Assembly: GCF_009834535.1 (NCBI RefSeq)
Contig: NC_045698.1
Span: 15,812,001 to 15,876,000 of the forward strand
Length of the DNA: 64,000 nt
Reading direction: 5' to 3'
DNA from: Camelus ferus
Lineage: Eukaryota
The position numbers and the translations under genes were made by a program. Positions within the stretch are counted from its first letter, which is position 1; each line of letters opens with the position of its first letter. The notes beneath the pieces are model-generated. The model worked only from the letters and a program-made list of their open reading frames with translations. It was not told the DNA's origin and did not search any database. Positions 14,100-26,895 of this stretch are shown piece after piece.

Positions 14100-14660
14100 T
14101 GTTAGGCAGTTAGATAGAAATGAGCACCAGGCAAGGGGAGAGGAAGGGACAGGGCAACCCAGAAAATAACAGTACACCTACGCTCAGGATAAGGGGCTCC
14201 AAAAACTTTAACTTTCTCTAAATGAGGGCCAGCAAAGAAGCTGGCTAGGATCTGTAGCTGCACTGTAAACAGAACGACCCAGCTTAACCTGACCCAATGT
14301 TCATTATAATGTAACTAACATTGCAGTTTGAGCCCCTCCCATAGGTTTTTCTGTGTGCATCATGGGCAAGAACCAGCACAAAAGGGATGGGTGTGCCTGA
14401 GCACAAGGAACTGAGCCATAAATCAATCACCAAAAAATGTCCCTGAGCCAGGATATAAGAGGAGGAACAAAGGAGCAGCACCATTTTTAACTCTTTGGAT
14501 TGGCCTGCTCCCAGTTCTTGGGAGTGTGCTATGTTTTACTGCTTTTTTACTTTACTAATAAAATCTTAATTATATCACACTTTCTGTCTCTCATTAAAAA
14601 TTCATTTCTTTCAGGTGACTAAGAATCGAGGTATCTCTTATTCCCTTCCTCCCGGTAACA
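14100..14660 (+). mobile_element. ERV1 solo LTR (MER50-like)
   Basis: TGTTAGGCAGTTAGATAG..CCGGTAACA. CCAAT at 14294, TATAA at 14454, AATAAA at 14557. Approximate 4-bp TSD GAAG/GAAA. Confidence 0.8.
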
Positions 14661-15502
14661 GAAAAAAGAGTTCTAGAAAGAAAAAGAGAATTGAAGAAAA
14701 GGAAAACCAAGTAAGAGATGTATTTTTCTCTGAGCCTGGAGATTTAAAGTACTTGTCAAGTCCCAGGCAGGATTAATGAAAAATCACATGCAATTCATAA
14801 TACCCTGATACAAATTCTCAATTCAGAAAAAAAAAAAAAAACAACAGAGAGAAAATCTTATAATCTTCGGAATAGAAGGAAAAGTCTTCCTAAAAGGAAG
14901 AGAAAATCTGCTAACCATGGGACTTCTCAGCTGCACAGTAGAAACTGAAAAGCATTGAAATAAAATCTATGAGTGATGAAAAGAATGTATCTGTCACTCA
15001 AGAATGCTAAATACTGCCAATTGTTACAATTCCATTTTTAACATAAGGAGCAAGATTATATCAAACATATGAAACTTCATTGCTTTCACCACCTATCCAG
15101 CTTTGGACAATGCTAGAGAAAGTACTCATAGTTATAGAATCAGAACACAGTTCTGTTTTGTTTTGTTTTGTTTTTAATGGGAAATGAAACGAAGATATGG
15201 CAAATGATGAATTTTGAAATATAAACATACATTTTAGTCAATAGTATGCACTATTTAAAAGTTGTTGAGCTAGAGGAGTTATACTTTTAGTAAATATACA
15301 ATATTCCAGAATTAAAAACACATGAGAGAATAACTTGGGTGATTATATAGACGGATAAATAGACAGATAATCTCAGTAAAATGCAGACATAGGGCAAGGA
15401 TTAAAGGATACAAATTTCTCATGCAGGTGGTAGTTAAGGGGAAAGGATTAGGCAAATAAACTGTCTCCAGAGGAGGTAACCACAGGCACAAGTTACTTTT
15501 TC

Positions 15503-15990
15503 TGTAGAGATCAAGATGGCCTTAAGTTTCTCCTCAGCCTGGAAAACCTTAAGACAGCTTTCTTTCTGACTTAGGCCCCCTGACCTCCCTTTTCTCAGAT
15601 CATTTACTTTAGAAAACGTGCAATTGTAAATTATTTCTCTACCTCTTTGAGATGTAAATCATCTTCCAGCTTCTTGTCAGTTTTACAACCAGCAATTTTT
15701 TGTTTCTCAAAGACCAGGGAGCCATTCCTTTGAAATGTAGTCAACAAGAAGGATAGAGGCCCCCATGTCCCATGGGGAGACAGGAGATTACCTTGAACAA
15801 ACAGCAATTAGTAAACACAGAGGCCCAGTCTTTAGACAAGTCCTGCAACACTTTTCGATTAGCTCACCCCTGCACTTAAAACTCCTCTGCCATTTGTCTC
15901 AGCAAAGATGAATTCAATCTCTCTTTTCTATTATAATAATCTTTAGTAAAGTCTTTCTTATCTGTTACAACTGGTGCAATTTTTTTTTAT
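15503..15990 (+). mobile_element. ERV1 LTR (MER67-like, MER4 group)
   Basis: CCCCTGACCTCCCTTTTCT..CATTTACTTTAGAAAACGTGCAATTGTAAATT..TTTGAGATGTAAATC, GGAGCCATTCCTTTGAAATGTA, and AGTAAA near the end. Confidence 0.75.
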
Positions 15991-15994
15991 TTCT

Positions 15995-16103
15995 TAAAAA
16001 TATACGTATGTTCATGTATGACTGAAAAATTGTGCTCTACACTGGAAATTGACGCAACATTGTAAACTGACTATAACTTAATAAAATAAAATCTAAAAAA
16101 AAA
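15995..16103 (+). mobile_element. Young L1 3' end (camelid-type) with A tail
   Basis: GTATGTTCATGTATGACTGAA..CTACACTGGAAATTGACGCAACATTGTAAACTGACTATAACTTAATAAAA followed by an A-rich tail. Confidence 0.8.
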
Positions 16104-16199
16104 CTGTTAATACATTTCAGGAGAAGAATCTTAAATCATGAAGAATGGTACTATAGTTCACATCACTTCTAATTAAGAATATAGAAATTAAAAATAAAT

Positions 16200-16650
16200 C
16201 TCTTCTTCCAAAAACATTGTATTGGTTAAAGATTCAAGTGTTAACCATGGTGCATAAACATGTAGGGAAATGGGCGTCACTGAATGTAGTCTAAACTGCT
16301 ACACTATTTTTGAAAATAAATCTGCACTAGATATCAGAATGACAAATTTACACCCAGCAATATTACATTTAGTGATAACTAGGCTCTAGAAATAAAATTC
16401 TCCATACTTATAGGCCTATATAAAAATATATATATTAAAATGTCATTTTAGTGGCTAGAACATGTAAATTAATTGCTCCATTCAATGCTAATAGGTTGCA
16501 TAAGTGTGTGTTGTATCTACATAATGGATAGTCTGATGCTAATAAAAATAACAACTAGATGTTTGTTACACTGATAACAAATGAATATTAAAAACTGATC
16601 TGGAGGGATGAAAAAATATTGAGAGAAATAAATTGCTGCATGTTATATGA
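16200..16650 (+). mobile_element. Old L1 (L1ME-like) 3' region fragment
   Basis: AAACTGCTACACTATTTTTGAAAATAAATCTG..ACCCAGCAATATTACATTTAG resembles the L1 ORF2 end and 3' UTR. Highly diverged. Confidence 0.45.
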
Positions 16651-17667
16651 AATTTACTAGTTATCCTAGAATATCTGTGTTTCTACAGATGTGTAGAGGA
16701 TGGATACCAGCAAGTTATCACTGGCTTCCTAAGGCATTGAGAGGGAAGGGAAACAGTAGATGGGACAATAAATAATTGCATATTTTAAAAAAATCTGCAT
16801 AACTTCCATAGGTACAGCAAACACATATTTCATTATTTTAAAACATCACAAAACATTTTTAATGGAAATCCAATTTTGTTAGGTAAAATATGGAAACGAA
16901 GTTTATGATACCTACAGGAGAAAAACAGAGTTTGAAGAGGGGAAAAAACCCCACAACACAGGTATATCTTTATAAAAATGTATCTGAAAAATTATATGTT
17001 TGTTATTTAATAACAGCATACTAGCAAATGAATTATTAATCACAACAGTACATAAATATCAAATAACTTAGGAAACTACAGGGCATATGAACTAATTTGC
17101 TAACTTGTGTTACAGAATCTGTCTAACCCAAGAAACCCAGAAACTAGAATCCAATTTCAAAATATATCCCTGGAAATTGACCTATTAGTTAAATGATCAA
17201 TTTATACATATATATTACATTAAGAAAGCAGTGAGGATATCACGGAATGGTCATTTTATATTAACTTTCCTCAATACTTGTGAAGCATTTATTAAGCACC
17301 AGGATAAATTAAATACGACTTTCAATTTAGATCATGAATATTAAAATAAATATTTTTAGATGTAATGATTTTCAATTTGTGATATTTACCAAACCAGAGA
17401 GAAACTTTATTTTGTAGTTTACTACAACCTTCTATAATTAATTAAGCTCCAAAGAAGGAAAACAGTATTAAAACCACTAAGTAGGAAATGTTTATTTAAA
17501 AAAAACTATTGAATAGACAGTATCTTGTCCTAATTAATTTGATTTCTATGGCTTCAAGTATACATGCTATTTATTTTAGAGAAATGGAGTTTTTATTAAT
17601 AGAGGAAATTAAATTGTGCTAATCTGAAGAGTGAAGTGGGTTCTGGTTGAGGAGCTTCCAAATGATT

Positions 17668-17695
17668 TCAGTAAACCTTTCTCAGTAAACCTTTC
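17668..17695. repeat. 14-bp tandem duplication
   Basis: TCAGTAAACCTTTC twice, perfect. Confidence 0.9.
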
Positions 17696-19469
17696 TAAGC
17701 AATAAAGTTTTGCCACTTTGTTCAATAAACAATTAAATATTGAAGACAATGCAGCTAAGCTTCACTCCTACGTGCATCAGTATTAAAGAAGGTACGCAGA
17801 GCTTTGTGGAAGCATGCAAGACGACAATACTCCCCTTTGAAAAGCAAAAGATTTCAGACATATTTCTGTTTTAATTGTAAAGGGAGGTGTATATGTGCAT
17901 GTGTGCATGTGTGTGTTTCTAAGTGAGTTAAATGACACCGTATACTTAAATTGTGTGAAGCTTTTAAAAGAAGATAATGTATTTATGTTGATATCTAATC
18001 AGAGTACAATCACAATTCAGTACTTCATACTCATGCCTTCCACACTCCAAGATTTGATCTAAGTTAATCAATAACATACATGGTGAAAAGTGCTCCCTGT
18101 CTTGTAGCTGCTTCTAAACCTGATTTACGACACTCAAATTGTATTTGCCCTCATAATTTACCTTCAGTTATTAAGTATATTAAATACTTTTCAAATATCA
18201 CTTTTGATTGCTGGAATGAAGCTGAATATGGGAAAAAGTTTTAAAGTGGAGATAACAGACTGTTGATTTTAAGTTAAATCATTTAATCTCTGTGTAATTT
18301 GTTTCTTATCTTTAAGTTTTGAAATAAATCTTTTATCCAGAAATAGCTGAGAGATGTTGATTTTGAACAAGGAACTTATCCCCTGGTAGTTGACTCTAAA
18401 GAAGATAAAACTTAGTTATTTGCTGTTCAGTGTATAATGGTGACACTTCCATTACATGTGGTTACCCAGCTTTATGTCTTTGGAAAAATAATGGCATAAA
18501 ATTAATTAAATATTGATTAATTCATATTTTGTAGCATTATTTAATATAAGACTGAAAATTAGAATCTACTCCCAGAATAAGTTTTAGTGGCTAGAATTTA
18601 TCAATAAATTTAAATAATCTGGAATTTCCTCACAGAACCACACCACAACCTTTTTAACAGTAATCTTCTGATGGTACGTATAGATTCATGGGAAGGCTTT
18701 TAGATTTACAGTGAACTGGGCCAGAGAATTTATGGAAGAAATCTACCATTCCAGAGACAGGAGTTTTATAGGATAGGCAAACTTTAATGGAATCAGGATC
18801 TTTTTACATCTGTTCCCCAGTTTTCTAAGAATCCAGTCCATTTAGTTTTTACCTCCACAAATGACTAGTTTCAGGAGACACATTTAAAGTAACCAAATTC
18901 AAAAGATTTATATTCTACCCATGCATCTGTGCATCTAACCTGCTGCTCTACACTGCTGTGTAACACTCCACAAAGTGTGGCTATCACATTTTTGTCTATT
19001 TACTTTTCTTCCAGGGATGGATTCTGTAGATGGAAGATAAACATGAATTTTGAAGCTATTTTTATCTCCAAATATTAATCTAAATTCCACAGAGTACATA
19101 TAATTTTTAAAATAGATATAACTAGCATCCTCTTAAGAATAAAAATTTATTTAAGTATTCACTGTTCTCCTCCATACCACTAGCTGATTCCACCAGTGAG
19201 GACAAAGAGATATGAATAGCTCTTAGCTGCCACAATTATTGACTAAAGGAAGCAAGAAAGCTATAAAATGGAATGAAACAAGAAACAGTTGATACAGGGA
19301 AAATGAAACTGGTAAGATTTTAAATATTCCAAGATTTCATTTGTATTTTGATAATAATGCAGTGTGTAATCTTTGGATATCAACAAAGGAGTGTTTGAGT
19401 CACAGTCCCTAGTAGCTTTATATAATTTATAGTTTATTCTTTGGAGAAAATTTATAGTGTTTTAAAATT

Positions 19470-19985
19470 CTTTCATGTATGAATTCAGCAACAACAAAAA
19501 GTTTGATGGCCTCTTATGATTGAGTCATTATTTCTGAAGGTAGGGATACAACAGTGAATTAAAAATAAAACAAACTTTGAGTAGACAGGTCAGAAAAAAG
19601 ACTCATTTAGAATGTGAGATTTAAACAGACATAAAGAACACATGGGATTGAATCACACCTGTATGTGGGGGGAGAGTATCCCAGGAAAAGAAAGTGGAAG
19701 TTCAGACCCTAGGAGTGGGAGCATGACTGAGCTGTTTGCAGTGAACTAAGGAAGACAATGTGGTTGGAGCCAATTGTTATTGGGAGGGAGAGTGAGGGAG
19801 AGGGAGGGAGGGAGAAACAGGAGACGGGGTAAAAGAGAGCAGGGTTAGAATGGTCCACTTCAGACCCTGTAGGCACTGGATAGACCTTGGCTTTGTCTCT
19901 GAATAAGATGGGGCACAAATGAATGGTTTATTGCAAAGAAGAGGTAAGGTCAGACAGAAGTTTTTTTGAAGGACTCAGACTACTT
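19470..19985 (-). mobile_element. L2 LINE 3' fragment
   Basis: GGGATACAACAGTGAA, AGACCCTAGGAGTGGGAGCATG, GGCTTTGTCTCTGAATAAGATGGG and TTTTTGAAGGA are antisense L2 motifs. Confidence 0.7.
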
Positions 19986-21764
19986 ACAGGCAAATTCATA
20001 AAAAATATGAAATGCTGCTTCTAAGGAAACATTTAAATATGTTATTTATGCAAATAATTATGTAACAGGCAACATAATGTAATACAAAGAACTCCCTTAA
20101 AAGAGCTTAGAAAAATTTGCTATAGGATTGCCATGTTTGACACTAATTAATTCTGTGAACCTGAATTAGTCACCAAGTCTCTTTGGTCTCAGCTTTCTGT
20201 TGGCTGACAGATGGCCAGGTGTGATTTCTAATATTTCTTCTAGATCTAAATTTCTATGACTCTGAATGCCCTATGCCTCATTTAGGTTGTCAGGCAGATA
20301 CATCAGTGGTTGTGTTTTACTTGCTTTGTCAAACCGTCTTTCATTGTTTGAGAGAAAGCCATTTTTCTTTCCTTTCTTTAAAAAATTTTTGACTCTAGGT
20401 TAGAAAACAATTTTAGTTTGGTAATAGGAGATGGTATAGTAGTAATTTTAGAGTCATTTTATTTCTTCTTTCTACATTTTTGCAAATTCACACACTTTTC
20501 AGAAAAATACATCCCAAGCAAGTTAGCTAAATCTTATAGCTGAATTTCATTGACGTGCATAAGCACCGAGGTTGGTAATAGATTGAGAGGTTATAATCGC
20601 ACATTTTAAAACCCATATATATTCATTTATAAGCTAAGATAGAGGGAATTCATCCTTTTATAAATTAAAACAGTAGCAGGAGTGAATAAAAGCTGAAAGG
20701 AATGACATTTGGATGAAAATGGAATTACTCCACACAAAAATAGCATTGTCTAAAATGTACATCCATTTGCATTAAAGATGTGGACAGCCAGAAGCCACAA
20801 AGTAAAAGCATGGGTGCCACTGGGTCTGTGGTACGCTCTTTGGCTATGCTAAAGCTACAGCTATGACAACAACATTTATTAAGAACCCACAATATGTATA
20901 CACTGGTTCCTCTCCTCTGTGCAAAACTTACCATTGGGTCTTCTCGATTTTTTAAGTGACTGTCTAATATTAGCCAAGGAAAGTAGATGTTTCTTCCATC
21001 TGTGCTTCTGAGTTAAATTCCCCTTAAATCTATACCTTCCAAAGGTCAAAATCATGAACTACTTTGAGAATTCCCTACCAGGTTATTATGGCTGTCACTT
21101 TCAGAGAACTGATTGCCAGCCTACTTTACTCCAGTTTTCTGTTGAAAAACATAAATCACAACAATTCTGAAGCCATACATTTTTAACTTTCTGCAATAAA
21201 GCTCAATTCTCACTGTTCCATAGTTTATCAGAATTTTGTGAAATGTTATGAATCAGTTCGCAGATGCAAGAATGGGGCCATTAAGAATCTGATTCTGTAT
21301 TTCACACATGTAATGTTGTTTCCATACAGAATCCATAACAGTCATGGACAAAACTCATTTATCTCTTAAATAGATTTACTATTGTCCTGATGTATAGAAC
21401 TGAAATAGAAAACTAACAGCGTTCTTGACTTTTATCAATTTTTTCTCAAAAGTTATTTTCGAAGGTATACAGTTGAAGTTTTAAAAAAAAATACTCAAAT
21501 AAATATCATTTATGTAATACTCTCCATGTGAATTAATAACAAAAACTGGTTAATATTTTACATAGGATTAATAGTATTTGCATCATGAATCACGGCCACA
21601 AAATGATAAAGAAACTCATTTGATTCACAATAGCAGTTAGAAAACTTAAAAAAATTTTTGCTTAGATTTCAGAAATTTTGCCTTTTATTTCAGACACTAG
21701 GTTCAGGAATATATTTTTATTGAAAAAGATTTTCTATCAAGGACTATTTAAATTCCTACACATG

Positions 21765-22434
21765 CTTATTGAGAAACTGTTAGGCAGGTGCTGGAATTTA
21801 GTGGCTGTTGTATGTGAAAATATTGTCCTTGTCCCCAAGAGACTTTCTATGAAGAAAAACAAATCCATTTATTTATTCAACAAATAGTTTTCAAAGGCAT
21901 CCTATGCACCCAAGCCAGTGTCAATGCCATGCCCAGAACTTATTTAGTTCTTCTTGGTGACAAAGATAATAAGAAGCATGTTGTCATCAAATATGTAGTA
22001 TTTGATGTATAAACAACGATTAAAGTGCCACGTGAAGACACAGGGTTATTAAGAGATGATGAAAAAAAACACTTTCTACAAAATAGCCAACTACAGTTTA
22101 GCTAGTGACAAAGCAAAACTCCAGTGGGACATAAAGATGTGGAGGACACTTCTAATTTTATAATAATGGATTTCTAACTTACTGAAACATGTTTCACTCA
22201 CTTTTTGCAAGCGTGTATGTTAAAGTAATTTATTTAATTTAAATAACTGAACTCATAAAATACAAAAATGATCTTGTCAGTTTTAGCTTTTATACATAAA
22301 GATTGGATTAATTTTGTTAAAAAAAAAGGAACTCAATTGAAGCAGTCAAGAAAATAAAAACGAGTAAAACAAGAGTAAAAAGAAAGTAAAAAAAAAGGTA
22401 CAAAGTGCTTTATAGAGTGTATAACTAGAGGGGG

Positions 22435-22484
<50 letters not shown>

Positions 22485-23270
22485 ATAGGCAAATTAGTCC
22501 ATGTGTCGAGAAGTTAGAAATAAAGAAATATGTAAGCCATACACTGAAAAATTCAAATATACATATAACTTGGCAACCAAGTATATGCAGGGTATGAGAA
22601 AGAATGTGCCATCAAACAATACTTCAGGGGGGGTCATCCCATGATACATTTTTCGGAGAAGGAGGCACTTACTGAATTCTGGGTGTGTTGAATTTAAGTT
22701 ATTTTCAGGGACTCCAGATGGAATTGTCAAGGAAGCAGTCAGGAATGAAATTCTAATATTAGGAGGGTCTAAAAAGTTTGAAATTGTCTACGTAGAAGTT
22801 CACACTATTGGAATGCATGAAATCTTCAAAGAAAGATAGCTTATAAAAGGGTAAAATATTCTTCATAGAAGATTTCTCAATAACATATAAACCCAGAGAA
22901 AAAGGAAGCCAAAAATAGTGATTTTTGGAAGTGAGCATAAAATGGACACTTTATACTTATATATAAAAGAGGAGAAACTTTAAGGAAAAGAAACCATCAT
23001 CACTGTCAAATGCTTTAGGAATGTCAAATCACTATGGCCACACACACACTTTCACACTGAGTTAAGAGATTGTTGGCAAACTTTGAAGAATAATAAGCAT
23101 GGGGTGAAGGCTAATCTGAATCATAGATGTTAGTATCTGAGGGAGTTGAGGTTTGGGGGACAAGAAATATATGCTGCTTTTGCCAATATTTATTACAGTT
23201 GGGAAAAAGAGATAGAAGGAAAAGTAGAGGTTAAAGAAAAAATTGGAAACAAACACTTTAAGGCACAATA
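21765..23270 (-). mobile_element. Fragmented L2 relics
   Basis: TTATTGAG..GGCAGGTGCTGG..TGTCCTTGTCCCCAAGAGACT, TTTATTCAACAAATA, CACTGTCAAATGCT..GAATGTCAA. Interrupted by a (CA)n tract. Confidence 0.45.
22437..22481. repeat. (AC)22 microsatellite
   Basis: Perfect AC dinucleotide run. Confidence 0.98.
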
Positions 23271-24666
23271 TTTAAAATTAGAAACACGAAGATAGTAAGT
23301 TTGATTTAAGTGTCAAATCATTTTGATTAGGAAGACAACTCAATGAAAACAAAAAACACCTCAAATGTATGAAGAAAATATTTTTTTTAAGAAGATCAGA
23401 TGCCCTGGAGTGATTTCAAGAAGATAAAGCACAAAAAGAAAAAAAGTCTCTGTCTACAAAATGACAAACCGATGATTATTTCAGTACAAAAAGTCAAGTC
23501 ACTGAACACATCTATTACCTAAGTTTATTGGTTATGTGTAAATTAGCAACTACCTTCATTCACATTATTTTGCATGGCAGCATGAAGCTAACATCATAGT
23601 ATGCTGGGAGTGTTTATAATGTCCATGCAATGTTTATCTTAAAATTTTGAAAACTGTAATATACATATTGACTGCAAATAGAGTATATTTCTATCTGGGA
23701 AGTGATGATTATAGAATTAATCGAAGAAATATGAATAAATATATACTATAGAATAAAATTTTTATTACCAGTATCATGATTTCGACATTATAAAGTCAGT
23801 AGTAACAAAAACAAAAACCAGAATAGGTTCAAAAAAAGCCATGAAATTTATCATCACCAGTATCTTCATTATCCAAGTTCTTACTGAATCATGGATATTT
23901 TGAAGGGATTTGTGTGCTGAAATCCAGCTTTTAACTAATTATGTCATGAACTTATAAAGAGCATTTTGGACCTAGACAATACTTTAGAAAACAGTATTTC
24001 AACCCTATTTAACTATGTTGTTAGAAAACGCTGAAGTTGAAGTCCACTGCCTCGTCAAAACCTCACCGTAAATAACCAGTATTGTTAAGACTCTCTCGTG
24101 GAGCAGGGATCATGCAAGGACACCATGTCGATGAAACAGTATTCATAAACTGATGGATTTTAAGACCATGTTACTTTTTAAATGATAAATTCCCTATGAA
24201 ATTAATTCTAATAAACATTTTACAACCATCCCCAAAGTATTCAGAACACCATTTCCTTCTAGGATTAACAATTTGGCTCGTACTGCAGAATTATTTAGTA
24301 AAAGGTTTATAATAGGTCATGTGCTACCCAGCATATTGATAAGCTAAACTACTTAAGAATCAAAAAGTACTCTTGGTAAAGGGACCATAGGATTTAAGAT
24401 GCAAGCCAGTGTATTCTGGAGAGTTAAAGAAATGCTATAGAGGACAGCGTGGGAACAAGAGGCGAGGACCAGGACTATCCGTATCCTAGGATACGGTCTC
24501 CATCTCCTTAATTACAGGTCCCATTCAATTGAATGAGTCTGCCTATTTTATTAGACATAAGAGAACACATTATTCTTCACATTAATTCTTTCTGTCCAAT
24601 ATTTAAGTACCCAGTGTTTACAGGAGCAATCTCTCCATATCCCCTTTTTAAGAGAGAATGGATGTA

Positions 24667-24712
24667 GTGTGTGTGGGTGTGTGTGTGTGTGTGTGTGTGT
24701 GGGTGTGTGTGT
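24667..24712. repeat. Interrupted (GT)n microsatellite
   Basis: GT run with two GG interruptions. Confidence 0.95.
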
Positions 24713-25724
24713 ACAGTCATTTTCTTTTGATGATTATAGCCAATGCCTCTTTTGTTATGCACTCTTAAATCTAACTCCAAAGTCATACACGTATATATTA
24801 TTTACTTGGCATAAATCCAGTACTATTATCTAATGAAATGTGAAATCAAAAAAGCATGAAAAGGGCTAGATTGGAAGTAAAAAAGCCGGATGATTGCATT
24901 CAGCATTCAAATACAGATGTAGGAGATATGAAGGTGAAGAAACAATCTTTCCTGTATCTCTTCCTGTGTTTATAGATGATATGATGTGAATAATCGCTAA
25001 CTGTTCCCATTTAAATGTACAGGTTACCCTTGGGCATCAATTATAACCACACTGAGGATATAAGCAACAGCTAAAAGCTGACAAATGTGTGTGCAGAAAG
25101 CCCCTTAAAACATAATCACTTTCCCATTAAAGAAGCAGCAAGGATATCATAACCAGTCAATTGGGACACCTTGTCCGTTATGAATAAATTGGGCAATAAA
25201 GAAAATAGCTTGACATAAGGGACGCCACACCCTAGGAAAGCTGCTAAGGGAATGCAAGCTTGACTTCAATTTGGACTTGCCGGCTGTTGAGTCTTCAACA
25301 ACACGAGAAGACGCCAAGTCCAATGACAGAACTGATTTATACATATTCAAGGAACCAAACGATAAAAAAGACTGCTAAAATCTGCTCATATTATCAACAA
25401 AATATTTTTCTTGGTTTAAAATTAGAATCTTGGGGAAAACAGGCCCTGAACTATATCTACAATGTACGAAAAACATGAAAGATATTTTGGATTTGTTTAA
25501 AAAAAAAAACAATTCTGCATATACAAATTTCTACTCACCCTTAACTCCTGAGCTGCAGCCCTGAAAATCGTTCTACCCACAAAAGGTCTTTGCCTAGTTT
25601 ATCCACCATTCCTTCCAACACTATTCTAAATAGCGATATTCTAAAACTGAATGTAACACTTTTCAGCATTTTCCCGTTTGATAGTTCCTATTTTAATAAG
25701 GAAGTTTCAGTTCAGATAACTGGA

Positions 25725-26102
25725 CATCTTTATGCGCTGGGTTCTCTGACAGCAGACACTGCGATGGTGTTTGTGGTGTGAGAGATTTTTTTAAGGATGG
25801 AAAGAAGGGAATGAAGCAGCATTGGGCAGAGGGAGAAGCAGCATAGAGTGCCATGCTGGTGGATGAAGCTTCGGGCAAAGCTCTGGATGGTCCTCAGCCA
25901 GCTTCACACGGCTGGACCTTTCAGTCCCCTCTTTGACTGGTCACTGGAAGTGACCGTGGGAAGGGTGTGATCTCTGGAGAGATGTCTTCTTTGCAGCTGG
26001 GGAGCCTTAAGGAACTCCTAGCTCCAGGCAGTCTACTGAGCGCAGCTGGACAGCAAGTCCTTCCTTGAAGGGAATCTGCGGAGCATCACCATGCCTACTG
26101 CA
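25725..26102 (-). mobile_element. ERVL LTR16-family LTR
   Basis: TGGGTTCTCTGACAGCAGACACTGCGATGG..GAGATTTT..GAAGCAGCATTGGGCAGAGGGAGAAG..AAGTCCTTCCTTGAAGGGAATCTG matches antisense LTR16. Confidence 0.75.
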
Positions 26103-26624
26103 TTTACACCACACTCCCATATCTAAGCACTCACTCACTCGGTCTAATAAATGTTGAGGCTTCAAATTCTTTCTGCTGTATCTTCTGTAGCTTCGCTGCT
26201 ACTGTCTTAATCATGGGTACCTTTTTACTTCTTCTTGGTAGCTGTGCCCATTTCTTTGCCCCCATTTATGCCTGAAAGGTTTTCTTGCACACATTGCTTA
26301 ACTTACATGACAACGCCCACCCTCTGCCTTTTAGATGGTCTTCATCGTTTTTTTGTTCAGGCTCTTTTTCTGATACTAATGTTTTTCTCATGCCCTCTTC
26401 ACGTCAGCCTGGTTAAGGTTCACTCTCTTGTAAGAACATCACTGCCCACCAGCAACAGTTTACAATTTTCAGCTTTGAACAAGCTCCATATCAAGCAAAA
26501 ACTTCAGCACGTTAACTTGTCTATTTAGGAATATTAGTGTAACATCTCTGTAAACAATGGCTGGTGAAGTGCCTGGTGTACGTGAGCACTGACAATATAT
26601 TTTATCTTGAGGCTTAGCGTAAAT

Positions 26625-26655
26625 GAGAGAGAGAGAGAGAGAGAGAGGGAGAAGA
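26625..26655. repeat. (GA)n microsatellite
   Basis: GA run. Confidence 0.9.
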
Positions 26656-26669
26656 GGTTGGAAATGGAT

Positions 26670-26895
26670 ATGTAAACAATCAACTGGTTAAAAATGAGGC
26701 GGTCTAAGTCACAGAAAAATGTTAAATAATCTGTTTGCCAAATAACCATCTGTGTAACATCAACAAAGTTACTTTACCTCTCTGAGTTTTATTTACCAAA
26801 TATGTAAAATGTTGCTGATACTAGGAATTAAATAGGGATTCAAGTTACTTACAGTTTCCAGCACAGAATTTGTGCTCAATAAATGACAATTATTG
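26670..26895 (+). mobile_element. MIR SINE
   Basis: AAGTTACTTTACCTCTCTGAGTTT..ATGTAAAATG..GTGCTCAATAAATG. Confidence 0.65.

Larger units (their letters stand above)
13450..15500 (+). mobile_element. HAL1/old L1 ORF1-region relic split by nested LTRs
   Basis: A-rich ORF1-like motifs GAGTTCTAGAAAGAAAAAGAG, AAAATCTTATAATCTTCGG and GACTTCTCAGCTGCACAGTAGAAACTGAAAAGCATTG..CAAGAATGCTAAATACTGCCAA resume after the LTRs at 14661. Confidence 0.55.

Noticed and set aside
20765..20772. Octamer motif ATTTGCAT (several copies in the window)
   Set aside because: Expected by chance in AT-rich DNA and no supporting context.
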